Below, in pieces: positions 35,382 through 44,703 of a stretch of DNA of 64,000 nt (within the stretch, counting starts at the first letter, position 1; every line of letters begins with the position of its first letter). The position numbers were made by a program, and so were the translations under genes. Source of the stretch: Candidatus Omnitrophota bacterium (lineage in GTDB: Bacteria; Omnitrophota; Gorgyraeia; Zapsychrales; JANLHA01). The stretch lies in assembly GCA_020632535.1 (NCBI GenBank), contig JACKFJ010000004.1, positions 105,514-169,513 on the forward strand, read 5' to 3'. The notes beneath the pieces were generated by a model that saw only the letters and a program-made list of their open reading frames with translations, was not told the origin of the DNA and did no database searches.

Positions 35382-36498
35382 TTACCACGTCCACCAGTGG
35401 GGATGTCCCCAAGGCTTTCCGTGATGAGCTTTATCCAATCTAAATCCCCATTTAAATCGTTTACTTAATATCCTAAAAATATTATTACCTTGTTTACCTA
35501 TTTCAATTCCTGCATAGTCAGCCGCAATTGCTACTGCTGTTGCTCCTGCTGCTGTCCCGACGGCAATTCTTTCACCCGTTTTTTCCCATCCGCATGATCC
35601 TTCCGTATACTTCATCGGATCGCCCCAACCTGTCGGACCATTTGATCCCCACTCCGACATCGGTTGGCCGTATGGACCCGGTAATGCGCTTTCATAAAAC
35701 CACCAATTAAATTGATCTTCCCCCCAATACAATCCAAGCGGATCTATTCTATTAATAGGATCGTTGCCGGTGTAAGCGTAAAGGTTGGTTTCGGAGATAA
35801 GTTTTCCGACACTATCAACATAGCCATACAGATCAACATCTCCCCCATCAAAGCCGATTGGGTCTTTGGCGGTCCAGCGGCCGGTTGCGGGGTCATAGTC
35901 ACGAAAACCAAACCTGACTAAACCAACATCCCGATCATGTAAACCACCGGCAAAACCAAACGGAACACTAAATGTCGGGGCAGTATCGACAAGGATGTTT
36001 CCAAATGAGTCATAATCAATTCGTTTAACGGTTGCGCCAGTTGAACTCATCACAGCACGCAATGATCCAACTTGATCATAGCTCAAATAATACGTCGCGC
36101 TGTCCTTGGTCATCACACTCGGCATACGACTATCCGAGTACTCAAAACGCATCAAAAGATTATTTGATCCATCGTAAACAGCTAAGAGCTGAGTTAATCC
36201 GGCCCAGAGATATTTTTCAACAACGGAACCGTTAATCTTTTTAGCGATACGACGACCCAGAGGATCATGAATATATTCGATCGTCCGTCCGTCGGGTAAA
36301 GAAACCTGCAACAATTCTCCACGGGACGAATAATTGTACGTCGTTATAGACGAACCGTCAGTTTTACGCGACAAGAATCCGTCAGCATCATATTGATACG
36401 TCACACTGCCAACGCTTAAAAGCTGATCTTCCGCATTGTATGTCAGAGAACGCCCGGCAATGCCGCGCAGAGAGTTCATTTCATAAGTGCGCGTGCCT
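35382..36498 (-). pseudogene. 5'-truncated orphan RHS core fragment B fused to transposon-borne CT2
   Basis: Homology to the main RHS gene ends at 36498, where a REP cluster begins. The core part is closer to the main gene than fragment A is (for example QVSLPDGRTIEYIH, SNNLL). Confidence 0.75.
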
Positions 36499-36506
36499 TG
36501 TTAGTA

Positions 36507-36632
36507 GGCACCATTGCGAGGAGGCCTTTAGGCCGACGCGGCAAACTAAAAAACCCATTGCGAGCCCGAAGGGCGCGGCAATCTATTCCAAGTTTGTCAT
36601 CCCCGAAATCTCTTATCGGGGATCCATTTGCT
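36507..36632. repeat. REP-like hairpin cluster between the main RHS module and the orphan array
   Basis: Same modules as at 28.15 kb, minus one unit. The terminal hairpin ATCCCCGAaatctcttaTCGGGGAT covaries with ATTCCCGC..GCGGGAAT. Confidence 0.85.
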
Positions 36633-36753
36633 AAGTATTAGAAAATATCAAAGAACAAAATGACAAAAAACAAACCGACTCTCGTCGGCAATTACTTCAC
36701 TAAACAACTATAAGAAAGTAGGCGACGTCACTACTTCTCCCCTCCCCATACTT

Positions 36754-37068
36754 TTATTTTATTTCAAAATTAATTAATGTTTTGGGATATACAATTATAT
36801 AGATATTCTCATTAACCCCTCGATATGCAATCTTTGCTAGTTTTAGCAAATCTTTACTTATCAAATATTCTTCAATCTTTCTAAAAGTTCCCAACGGGTT
36901 ATCAGTTAGTATAAAGTAATTAATTTCTCCTGAACCTATATCATGCCCATCAACATCCTCATCACAAAGCATCTTATTCAAATCATTTTCAATTTCACCC
37001 AATTTTTTAAAACAAATTTCTGACTCAGGAAACTGAACAACAAATTGATATTTCATATTGTCTCCCAT
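36754..37068 (-). CDS. putative immunity protein for the main RHS toxin (CT1)
   Basis: Begins 5 nt after the RHS stop (alternative start MKYQF at 37056, behind gggag). About 100 aa and acidic, with no signal peptide. Confidence 0.55.
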   Translation of the reverse strand: MGDNMKYQFVVQFPESEICFKKLGEIENDLNKMLCDEDVDGHDIGSGEINYFILTDNPLGTFRKIEEYLISKDLLKLAKIAYRGVNENIYIIVYPKTLINFEIK

Positions 37069-37073
37069 CGTGA

Positions 37074-40000
37074 TTAGTATGGTGGAACTTTATACCCAAT
37101 TCTTTTTTGAAATTCAATATACACGCTTTGTCCTTCTTCAGGCCCTATTGGCAAATACTTATGCAGGTCACTTTCCAAACTCAACATATCCTTCTTATTC
37201 CCAGATGTTAATATTTTTAATTTTCCTCCATCTAGTTCCTTAGCAGTGTATCGACTTGCAGGATTCTTTGATATACCATATTTTAAGTGCTTCCCAGCTT
37301 TATCTAGTTTTTGATACAAGTAGACACTATCATGGGCTGTAGATTTTGTTAAATTACATATACCCTTCGCAACTTTTCCTCCCCCTTGTACATAACCTGC
37401 CCCTCCAGGCAAAAATGGAGTACCTAACGCGACAGAATCATATGCCAGTGATGCTCCCGTCAATAGACCGGGTTCAGTTAAAAAATAGTATAAACTCAAC
37501 TGCCAAGTAACATAATCGGAAGGTGTTTCAACGATTAACCCATACGGATCAACAAAATTGATCGGATCGCTTTCGACATAACCGTATAGATCAACATCTC
37601 CCCCATCAAACCCGATCGGGTCTTTGGCGGTCCAGCGGCCGGTTGCGGGGTCATAGTCACGAAAACCAAACCTGACTAAACCAACATCCCGATCATGTAA
37701 ACCTCCCGCAAAACCAAACGGAACACTAAATGCCGGAGCGGTGTCAGCGAGAATGTTTCCAAATGAGTCATAATCAATTCGTTTAACGATTGCGCCAGTT
37801 GAACTCATCACAGCACGCAATGATCCAACTTGATCATAGCTCAAATAATACGTCGCGCTGTCCTTGGTCATCACACTCGGCATACGACTATCCGAGTACT
37901 CAAAGCGCATCAAAAGATTATTTGATCCGTCATAAACAGCTAAGAGCTGAGTTAATCCCGCCCAGAGATATTTCTCAACGACCGAACCGTTAATCTTTTT
38001 GGCGATACGACGACCCAGAGGATCATGAATATATTCGATTGTCCGTCCGTCGGGTAAAGAAACCTGCAACAATTCTCCACGGGACGAATAATTGTACGTC
38101 GTTATAGACGAACCGTCAGTTTTACGCGACAAGAATCCGTCAGCATCATATTGATACGTCACACTGCCAACGCTTAAAAGCTGATCTTCCGCATTGTATG
38201 CCAAAGAACGCCCGGCAATGCCGCGCAGAGAGTTCATTTCATAAGTGCGCGTGCCTAACGGATTAGAACCAGTATATCGATACTCCTCAACGAGAGTATT
38301 GTCTTTTTCAACTTTTGTCAGACGACCCAAAGAGTCGTAAGTATAAACATAATTGGACGTAATCCCCGCGACGGTTTCACTCTTGGTTGCGATCTGACCA
38401 TTATTATTGTATGTCAGAGTCCACGAACCAGCGGCGGCGCTATTGACGGTTTGCGATTGAGTTGTCACCTCACCAAAACCATTAAACGTCCGGCCCAAGT
38501 TCAAAGCCCCACCGATCACGGCCGTCGGTAAACCATTTTGCGCGTTACGAGTAATCGAAAATATACCCGATGACGTCAATAGCCCGTCATTGTCATATCC
38601 AAAACTATTCGTTGCCCCAGCGTAAGTAAAACCGGCAATTTTAAGATCATTATTAAACGTAAAGGCAAGCGTCTGTGCCAGCGTTCCGGTGGACACGACT
38701 GTTTTTGGCAGACTGCCGTCGTAAGTGTAAGCGATCGACTCGCCGCTTTTGGTGATCGATGCCAATTGCCCTGAAGGTAAATATGTCGGATCAACATTCC
38801 CCTCCGGCGTCTGCACCTGTGTCAACTGCACGCCGGTATAAATGTTCTTAATCTTTTTGCCTGATGGGAAATTAACTTCCTTTAAACGCCGCTCTTTATC
38901 ATAAACATACTGCGTTGACAATGAAATCGGCGGAGCATAACTCGTCGGTAAGTTCACATTATTGTAAATATATCCGTGATTCTGACTCGACGGATTTGTC
39001 AGCACTGTCATATTGCCGTTTGCGTCATAATCAAAACGGACATTGGTCGTATCCGGACGATTAATGGCTTTGAGACGGCCGACGGCATCATAAGTGTAAC
39101 TTGTGCGATTGCCTCTAGGGTCAGTCACCGATTGCACATTCCCAGCCAAATCATAAATCAAAGACGTTGTCCGTGTCCCAGCGACCACAGTGTTAACTCG
39201 GCCCTTAAAGTCATAGGTATACGACGTATCGACTAACCCGGGCACACTGACCTTGGACGTCAAAAGTGTCGTGGGATCATAAACCGCAGTGACTTTCCGG
39301 CCAAGCGGAGACATGGCAGTAAAAGTCGATGTTATGGTGTCATGCGTCACCGTGGACGTCTTATTATTTAACGACGCGGTGCGAACAATGCGATCAATCT
39401 TTTGATCATTGTTTGTGTCGGTATAGGTTCGATTATAAACAACCTGTGCCTTTAATCCGGCGGGGGTTGTTATGGTAGACGTTTTAAGATATTTGAACTT
39501 GTATTTTGGATCAATATCAAAATTAAAATCTTGAACGGTCAAGTCCGGAGAGGTTACTTTGGCAATCAATTCATTGGCAGTCCGCGTAAAAATCGTCGGC
39601 TTTGTCACGCCGGACACTGAACTTGTCGCCGTCCATGTGCCGTCGGCCGAAATCTGATCCACGTAAGTGACGATGTTGCCTTCGGCGCTGGTCACGGTTG
39701 TTGTTACATCGCCGCTATTGCTTTGAATCTGCTGAGCAAACTTTTCATGCCCGCCTTCTTGGTCCTGAACATCGGTGATACGGCCGTTCGAATTGAAAGT
39801 GTGGGTGAAAAAATTGCCTTTGGGTTCCGTCTCTTTGGTTAAAAGACCCCCGGCAGAGTACTCAAACTTATAGAATTGTCCGTCCGGATAGGTTATCCGT
39901 GTTAAATGCTTGCTAGAGTCGATCGTGAGATTCGTCCGTACACCATCGGGGGAAACGATCGCAGTCGGAACCCCAGCACCGTTGCGCTCAACCGTTATTT

Positions 40001-43000
40001 TATTATTAAAAAGATCCGTCGATGATACTAATCGACCTGAAGCATCGTAATCAAATTGTTCAAGAACTTTTTGAGTGTCCAGATCGACCGTTTGTTTGTG
40101 TTTTCCATCAAGCGAGAATACATAGCCAACGCCTTCTTCAGCGAATGTCATATCCCCGGGGTCGGCGGGGGTCAAGGATATTGTGGCAGTAATTTTACGG
40201 ATACGGTGATTATGTGAATCCGCAAAATAAACATTCCCAAGATTATCAAGTGTTAACTCCTGTGGATTAGCGATCTGCGCTATAATCGCAGGATAATTAT
40301 CTCCATTATATCCAAAAACACCGTTTCCTGCGATTGTCGTAATGATGCCAGTAGCATCAATTTTACGAATCCGACTATTTTCTGAATCAGAAAAATAAAT
40401 ATTCCCAAGTTTATCAAGTTCGAGTCCGCTAGGGTGGGAAATTCCTGCCTCTGCGGCTAGGCCGCCATCTCCGCTATATTCTCGCCTGCCAGTTCCTGCA
40501 ATCAACCTAAGAATTCCTTCTGAGTCTATTTTAAAGATGCGATCACTTATTGTATCCGCAAAATAAATATTCCCATTTTCATCAGTCGCCAATCCAGAGG
40601 GATAGGTTATTGGAGTATTTACAGCTAATACCCCACTTCCTGGATAACCCCAAGACCCCTTTCCAGCAATAGTTTTGATCACACCATCGGTATCAATTTT
40701 ACGAATTCGGAAATTCTCCTTATCGAGAAAATAAATATTCCCGTTTTGATCAACCGCCACACTAGTGGGAGAATTTAACTTCGCCGCTATCGCCGGACCG
40801 CCATCTCCGCTGTATCCTCCACTGCCGTAAGCCCCAATAAATCCTGTTCCAGCAATTGTTTTAATAACACCACTTACATCTACTTTGCGTATACGATGAT
40901 TGCCAGAATCGGCAATCAAAATATTTCCATATTGATCAACCGTAATTCCCGAGGGATTATTTAATTGAGCTGCAGTGGCTGGGCCGCCATCTCCGCTGTA
41001 TCCTCCCGCACCTGTCCCAGCAAAAGTCTGAATAATTCCACTTAAATCAATTTTACGAATACGATTATTTTCCGAAATATAAATATTCCCGTTCTGATCA
41101 ACCGCCATATATACAGGGTAATTTAAATTCGCCTTATCGGCTGGGACACCATCTTCACTGTATCCACCTACACCTGTTCCCGCGACAGTTGAAATTATGT
41201 ACACACCATTGTTGTTCACAACATCGCCATTTCCCTTGTAAAGGGTACTTATATCTCGCGCGCTCATATAATGGTGATTGGATAGTGTCCACCCTTCGGC
41301 TAAACCTTCACGTGCTTGCGCTTGGTTGTATACGAGAAAACTCTGTTTTTTAGAATACATATACTCATCCCGAGCAGGAACAGCTGATTGCGAGACTCCG
41401 GGGAGACCGAATACTGCTGGTCTAACGCCCCCACCGAATGCCGAATACATCATATTGTATACAAATTCGGTCGTGATATACGCAGTGGCAGAGTTCACTC
41501 GGTGGCCTAAATGATCTAAACCATCCCAGCTGAATTCCGCAATTTGATTCGCTGATGCCGGTAAGATCTTCTCAAATGTCCGGCCAGCGATATCTACTCT
41601 AACAACGATCCTTTTGAGGGAAGGCGGAACCGTTGCGCCGCTTGCAGGAACCGTAATGATTGTTTTGTAGTCAGGAACGCGGTTGCTGGCGAAATGAAGA
41701 GTTAGACCCGTACCGGGGATAGCAATATCTTCATGGTAAATTCGGCTGCGGCAATTGACATACGAATTGACTGACTTGTCACAATCTTCGTCTTTTTTCT
41801 TTTGTTGATCCACATTGGGTGTCCCAGTCGCGTTGGGCGCGATCGCATCCGCCGAAACAAAGATCGGCCAATTGAGATCCCACGGCGTAAAATGCGTAAT
41901 ACTTGCCCGCCAAAACGTTTTGCCGGATGCATACTTGGCGGGATCATCCAAGCCCTTAACTTCGTCGGTAAAATCCCCGTTACTGTTAAGATCATTCGGC
42001 AAGCCATCATTGTCAGAATCAAGCGCATCCACGATGCCGTCGCTGTTCGTGTCCAAAAGCTTAACCACACGGCCATTATCCGACGCAACCCATTGACCGC
42101 GATCGCGGTCATAATATCCGACGGGCACAATCTCACCTACGTCAAACCCAAGAAAATTATCAACATAAAAAACAACAGGATCTTTAAATCTTACCCGATC
42201 GACACCATCGGCTTTAAGCTCGACACAATATGTAAAAGCAGATGTGGGCGGCAGGACAGCCGGCATAGACGCAGGCGTCGTAAACTCCGTGGCGCGTATG
42301 CTCAACTTTGTCAACTCAAGCATGTCATTGCCGTTTTCATCAACGGCGTACGCCTTATTGTCGCCGACAATAACAACGTTTGCCTGACGGATACCAGAAA
42401 CATCTGTCACGGGAGTGCTCTGGTGGACAATGACACTGGTGGCATCACCATTGAGCGTAACTGTTGTAGCCTTTGCATCTTCGACGAGCATCGTAACTGT
42501 TTCGACAATAGCGATGTCATTAGGGGCAACATGAACCTGCCGATGACTATCGATATAGCCTTGTTTTGTGAAAACAATATTTAATGTCCCGTTGCTGTCA
42601 ACGGGTAAAGAAAATTGACCTTTTGAATCCGTCTTCGCAGTACCGAACTTTGAATTACGATCTACGACAATTGCGACATCGGGAAGCGGCGCGTTATTTT
42701 TATCCTTAACTTCTCCGCGAACGACCGCAAAGCGCTTGATATCGTATTCTTTGACTGTTGAATCAGTTGGAATAATCTCCTTATACTGCGCGCCAAATGT
42801 TCCTTCCGGCGGTGTAATCGGAGCCCCCGTGACATAAACTGTCACCTTTTCATTAACAGAACCCAAAGATCCCGTCGCGGTGATCGTATAGGTCGTTGTA
42901 ACTTTTGGCGAAATAGTCAAAGTTCCGCTATTGGCAACTAAGCCGATCCCATTGTCTACATATAGGGAGGACGCGTTCGTGGATGTCCAGCTCAAGTTCG

Positions 43001-44243
43001 TTGATGCGTCGCTTTGAATTGTCTGTGGGTTGGCGAAAATGGTCACGGCCGGTTTTATTTCTAAAACAGATAATGTCACACTCTTGGTGTCCGTACCACC
43101 CTGTCCGATCGCGGTAACTGTATATGTTGTTGTCGTTGTCGGGGAAACTGAGATATTGCCAATTGATACAACACTACCAATGTCCGGTGTAATTGTACAG
43201 GTATCGGCATCGGTGCATTGCCAACTTAAAGTAGCTGTTTGGCCTTGAGAAATCGACGTCGGATCTATCATAATACTTGCCGTCGGTACGGAAACTTGAG
43301 AATCCGATAAAGTTGTTGCCTTTGTGACGTGCGACTTTTTGCCTTCGCCGGTTGAATTGACGGCCGCTACCGCAAAATAATACTGAGTGTCTCCCTCAAG
43401 ACCCGCAACAATATATTGCGTTACATTATCGACAACAACGGGTGTTCCAAAAACATTCGGTGATGTGCCATAATAAATTTTGTATGACGTCGCGCTGGGC
43501 ACAGCATCCCATATTAATTTGACTTGATTAATTTCGCCAACCGCCGAATGGATGTGCGGACGTCTCGGCAAAGTGAGCGCACTTTTTTCATTGGATTTAG
43601 GACTTACTCCACCCAAATTGATAGCTGATACTTTAAAATAATACGTTGTCCCGCTCTTTAGCCCTCTGACGGTGTGCGTTGTGACATTGTTGACAAGTAC
43701 AATGCGCCCAAAGCGGCCTTGCGCTGATCGAAGATAAATTTTATACCACTTTGCGCCTGTGACCGCGCTCCAATTTAATGTGGCTTGATGATTTCCACCG
43801 ATGACTGTATTTAAAACGGGAGCCGTTGCAATGTCAGGAAATGTCGTCCCACTTTTTTCTTTAGATTTTGGACTTTCTTGTTTTGAATCGATAGCTGTCA
43901 CAGCCAAATAATAAGTCGTCCCAGACTTAAGGCCGGTTAAATTAACTACAGGTACTTGCCCAACCTTGATCGAAGCTCCGTAAACACCTGATGATGTGCC
44001 GTAATACACTTTGTAGGACTTGGCACCAGATACTGGAATCCATGTCACAAGCAATTGATTGGAGCCGCCTATTACGGAAAGAATTGTTGGGGGGTTAATG
44101 ATGGAAGAAAACGCTTCTGCCGAACCGACGCCGATTTTGCCGACTGAGAAAAAAGTGGAGAATAAATAAATTAGGAGTGTAAATGACTTGATTAAGAAAA
44201 AACGCGCGCGCATGGGCTGGGTTTTGTTTTTTTGGTTCGACAT
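37074..44243 (-). CDS. teneurin-like RHS/YD-repeat polymorphic toxin (2389 aa)
   Basis: Domain order: signal/TM; four FN3-like repeats (SGTTYYLAVTAID, SGTTYYFKVSAIN, DTQYYFAVAAVN); two Ig-like repeats; a carboxypeptidase-regulatory-like domain (GEVKDKNNAPLPDVAIVVD..TDSKGQFSL); a TSP3-like Asp-rich motif (DSDNDGLPNDLNSNGD); about six NHL repeats (SGDGGPA..LN.P.G..VD..GNIY..D..N.RIRKI); a long YD-repeat shell; the RHS end motif DVDLYGYVESDPINFVDPYGL; a hydrophobic TG linker; and a roughly 80-aa tip. Confidence 0.9.
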   Translation of the reverse strand: MSNQKNKTQPMRARFFLIKSFTLLIYLFSTFFSVGKIGVGSAEAFSSIINPPTILSVIGGSNQLLVTWIPVSGAKSYKVYYGTSSGVYGASIKVGQVPVVNLTGLKSGTTYYLAVTAIDSKQESPKSKEKSGTTFPDIATAPVLNTVIGGNHQATLNWSAVTGAKWYKIYLRSAQGRFGRIVLVNNVTTHTVRGLKSGTTYYFKVSAINLGGVSPKSNEKSALTLPRRPHIHSAVGEINQVKLIWDAVPSATSYKIYYGTSPNVFGTPVVVDNVTQYIVAGLEGDTQYYFAVAAVNSTGEGKKSHVTKATTLSDSQVSVPTASIMIDPTSISQGQTATLSWQCTDADTCTITPDIGSVVSIGNISVSPTTTTTYTVTAIGQGGTDTKSVTLSVLEIKPAVTIFANPQTIQSDASTNLSWTSTNASSLYVDNGIGLVANSGTLTISPKVTTTYTITATGSLGSVNEKVTVYVTGAPITPPEGTFGAQYKEIIPTDSTVKEYDIKRFAVVRGEVKDKNNAPLPDVAIVVDRNSKFGTAKTDSKGQFSLPVDSNGTLNIVFTKQGYIDSHRQVHVAPNDIAIVETVTMLVEDAKATTVTLNGDATSVIVHQSTPVTDVSGIRQANVVIVGDNKAYAVDENGNDMLELTKLSIRATEFTTPASMPAVLPPTSAFTYCVELKADGVDRVRFKDPVVFYVDNFLGFDVGEIVPVGYYDRDRGQWVASDNGRVVKLLDTNSDGIVDALDSDNDGLPNDLNSNGDFTDEVKGLDDPAKYASGKTFWRASITHFTPWDLNWPIFVSADAIAPNATGTPNVDQQKKKDEDCDKSVNSYVNCRSRIYHEDIAIPGTGLTLHFASNRVPDYKTIITVPASGATVPPSLKRIVVRVDIAGRTFEKILPASANQIAEFSWDGLDHLGHRVNSATAYITTEFVYNMMYSAFGGGVRPAVFGLPGVSQSAVPARDEYMYSKKQSFLVYNQAQAREGLAEGWTLSNHHYMSARDISTLYKGNGDVVNNNGVYIISTVAGTGVGGYSEDGVPADKANLNYPVYMAVDQNGNIYISENNRIRKIDLSGIIQTFAGTGAGGYSGDGGPATAAQLNNPSGITVDQYGNILIADSGNHRIRKVDVSGVIKTIAGTGFIGAYGSGGYSGDGGPAIAAKLNSPTSVAVDQNGNIYFLDKENFRIRKIDTDGVIKTIAGKGSWGYPGSGVLAVNTPITYPSGLATDENGNIYFADTISDRIFKIDSEGILRLIAGTGRREYSGDGGLAAEAGISHPSGLELDKLGNIYFSDSENSRIRKIDATGIITTIAGNGVFGYNGDNYPAIIAQIANPQELTLDNLGNVYFADSHNHRIRKITATISLTPADPGDMTFAEEGVGYVFSLDGKHKQTVDLDTQKVLEQFDYDASGRLVSSTDLFNNKITVERNGAGVPTAIVSPDGVRTNLTIDSSKHLTRITYPDGQFYKFEYSAGGLLTKETEPKGNFFTHTFNSNGRITDVQDQEGGHEKFAQQIQSNSGDVTTTVTSAEGNIVTYVDQISADGTWTATSSVSGVTKPTIFTRTANELIAKVTSPDLTVQDFNFDIDPKYKFKYLKTSTITTPAGLKAQVVYNRTYTDTNNDQKIDRIVRTASLNNKTSTVTHDTITSTFTAMSPLGRKVTAVYDPTTLLTSKVSVPGLVDTSYTYDFKGRVNTVVAGTRTTSLIYDLAGNVQSVTDPRGNRTSYTYDAVGRLKAINRPDTTNVRFDYDANGNMTVLTNPSSQNHGYIYNNVNLPTSYAPPISLSTQYVYDKERRLKEVNFPSGKKIKNIYTGVQLTQVQTPEGNVDPTYLPSGQLASITKSGESIAYTYDGSLPKTVVSTGTLAQTLAFTFNNDLKIAGFTYAGATNSFGYDNDGLLTSSGIFSITRNAQNGLPTAVIGGALNLGRTFNGFGEVTTQSQTVNSAAAGSWTLTYNNNGQIATKSETVAGITSNYVYTYDSLGRLTKVEKDNTLVEEYRYTGSNPLGTRTYEMNSLRGIAGRSLAYNAEDQLLSVGSVTYQYDADGFLSRKTDGSSITTYNYSSRGELLQVSLPDGRTIEYIHDPLGRRIAKKINGSVVEKYLWAGLTQLLAVYDGSNNLLMRFEYSDSRMPSVMTKDSATYYLSYDQVGSLRAVMSSTGAIVKRIDYDSFGNILADTAPAFSVPFGFAGGLHDRDVGLVRFGFRDYDPATGRWTAKDPIGFDGGDVDLYGYVESDPINFVDPYGLIVETPSDYVTWQLSLYYFLTEPGLLTGASLAYDSVALGTPFLPGGAGYVQGGGKVAKGICNLTKSTAHDSVYLYQKLDKAGKHLKYGISKNPASRYTAKELDGGKLKILTSGNKKDMLSLESDLHKYLPIGPEEGQSVYIEFQKRIGYKVPPY

Positions 44244-44322
44244 GAAAGTTCCTTAGGTTAAAGGAGTTAGTCAAATATTGAGAAGGCAAAATACTGCTAG
44301 GGGTAGGAAACGTAATAAATGA

Positions 44323-44351
44323 AATATATCAATGGGTTGACGTTTTGTCAA
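44323..44351 (-). promoter_or_regulatory. sigma70-like promoter of the RHS gene
   Basis: Minus strand: TTGACA (44346-44351), 17 bp, TATATT (44323-44328). Confidence 0.5.
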
Positions 44352-44364
44352 TATTTATACTTGT

Positions 44365-44700
44365 ACCATTGCGAGCCCGAAGGGCGCAGTTATCATTGCG
44401 AGGAGTTCCGCAGGAACGACGCGGCAATCTGTTTTGTCATTCCCGCGACCTTTGGAAGCACCCGGTACGAGGGTGCAATCTCTTGGCGGGAATCCACAAT
44501 TTTAAATATGGATCCCCGATAAAAGCATTCGGGGATGACAAATGTGAAGCATTCGGGGATGACAAATGTGAAGCATTCGGGGATGACAAATGTGAAACAT
44601 TCGGGGATGACAAGAATGGATTGCTTCGTCGCTTCGCTCCTCGCAATGGGACTCAGTTCAGTCGCAATGAGATTTAGTTCGCTCCTCGCAATGGGATTCA
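44365..44700. repeat. REP-like hairpin cluster plus 24-bp tandem repeat at the right edge of the RHS island
   Basis: 44367-44498 repeats the 28.2-kb module in the same orientation, with a 29-bp insertion in the last hairpin loop. 44524-44612 holds about 3.7 tandem copies of agcattcggggatgacaaatgtga. gctcctcgcaatggg occurs twice. Confidence 0.85.
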
Positions 44701-44703
44701 ATT

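Larger units (their letters stand above)
33361..35817 (-). mobile_element. 2,457-bp transposon, copy B (identical to copy A)
   Basis: Same sequence as 29250..31706 at an offset of 4,111 bp. Flanked by ACAT at 33357-33360 and 35818-35821. Confidence 0.8.

Noticed and set aside
29250-36498. The 4,111-bp periodicity as a simple tandem duplication or assembly collapse.
   Set aside because: Only 2,457 bp of each unit is identical. The adjoining core fragments differ by about 10% and the downstream tips are unrelated. A plain tandem duplication would not give this pattern. An assembly artefact cannot be fully excluded without reads.
41802-42584. 260-aa plus-strand ORF, and other antisense ORFs (41702..42136, 38976..39236 and others), inside the RHS gene.
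   Set aside because: They are embedded antisense in a 7.2-kb ORF with clear domain content. They have low-complexity, basic composition and no RBS.
44511-44612. Possible CRISPR array.
   Set aside because: The repeats are contiguous with no spacers, there are only about 4 units, and no cas genes are present in the window.
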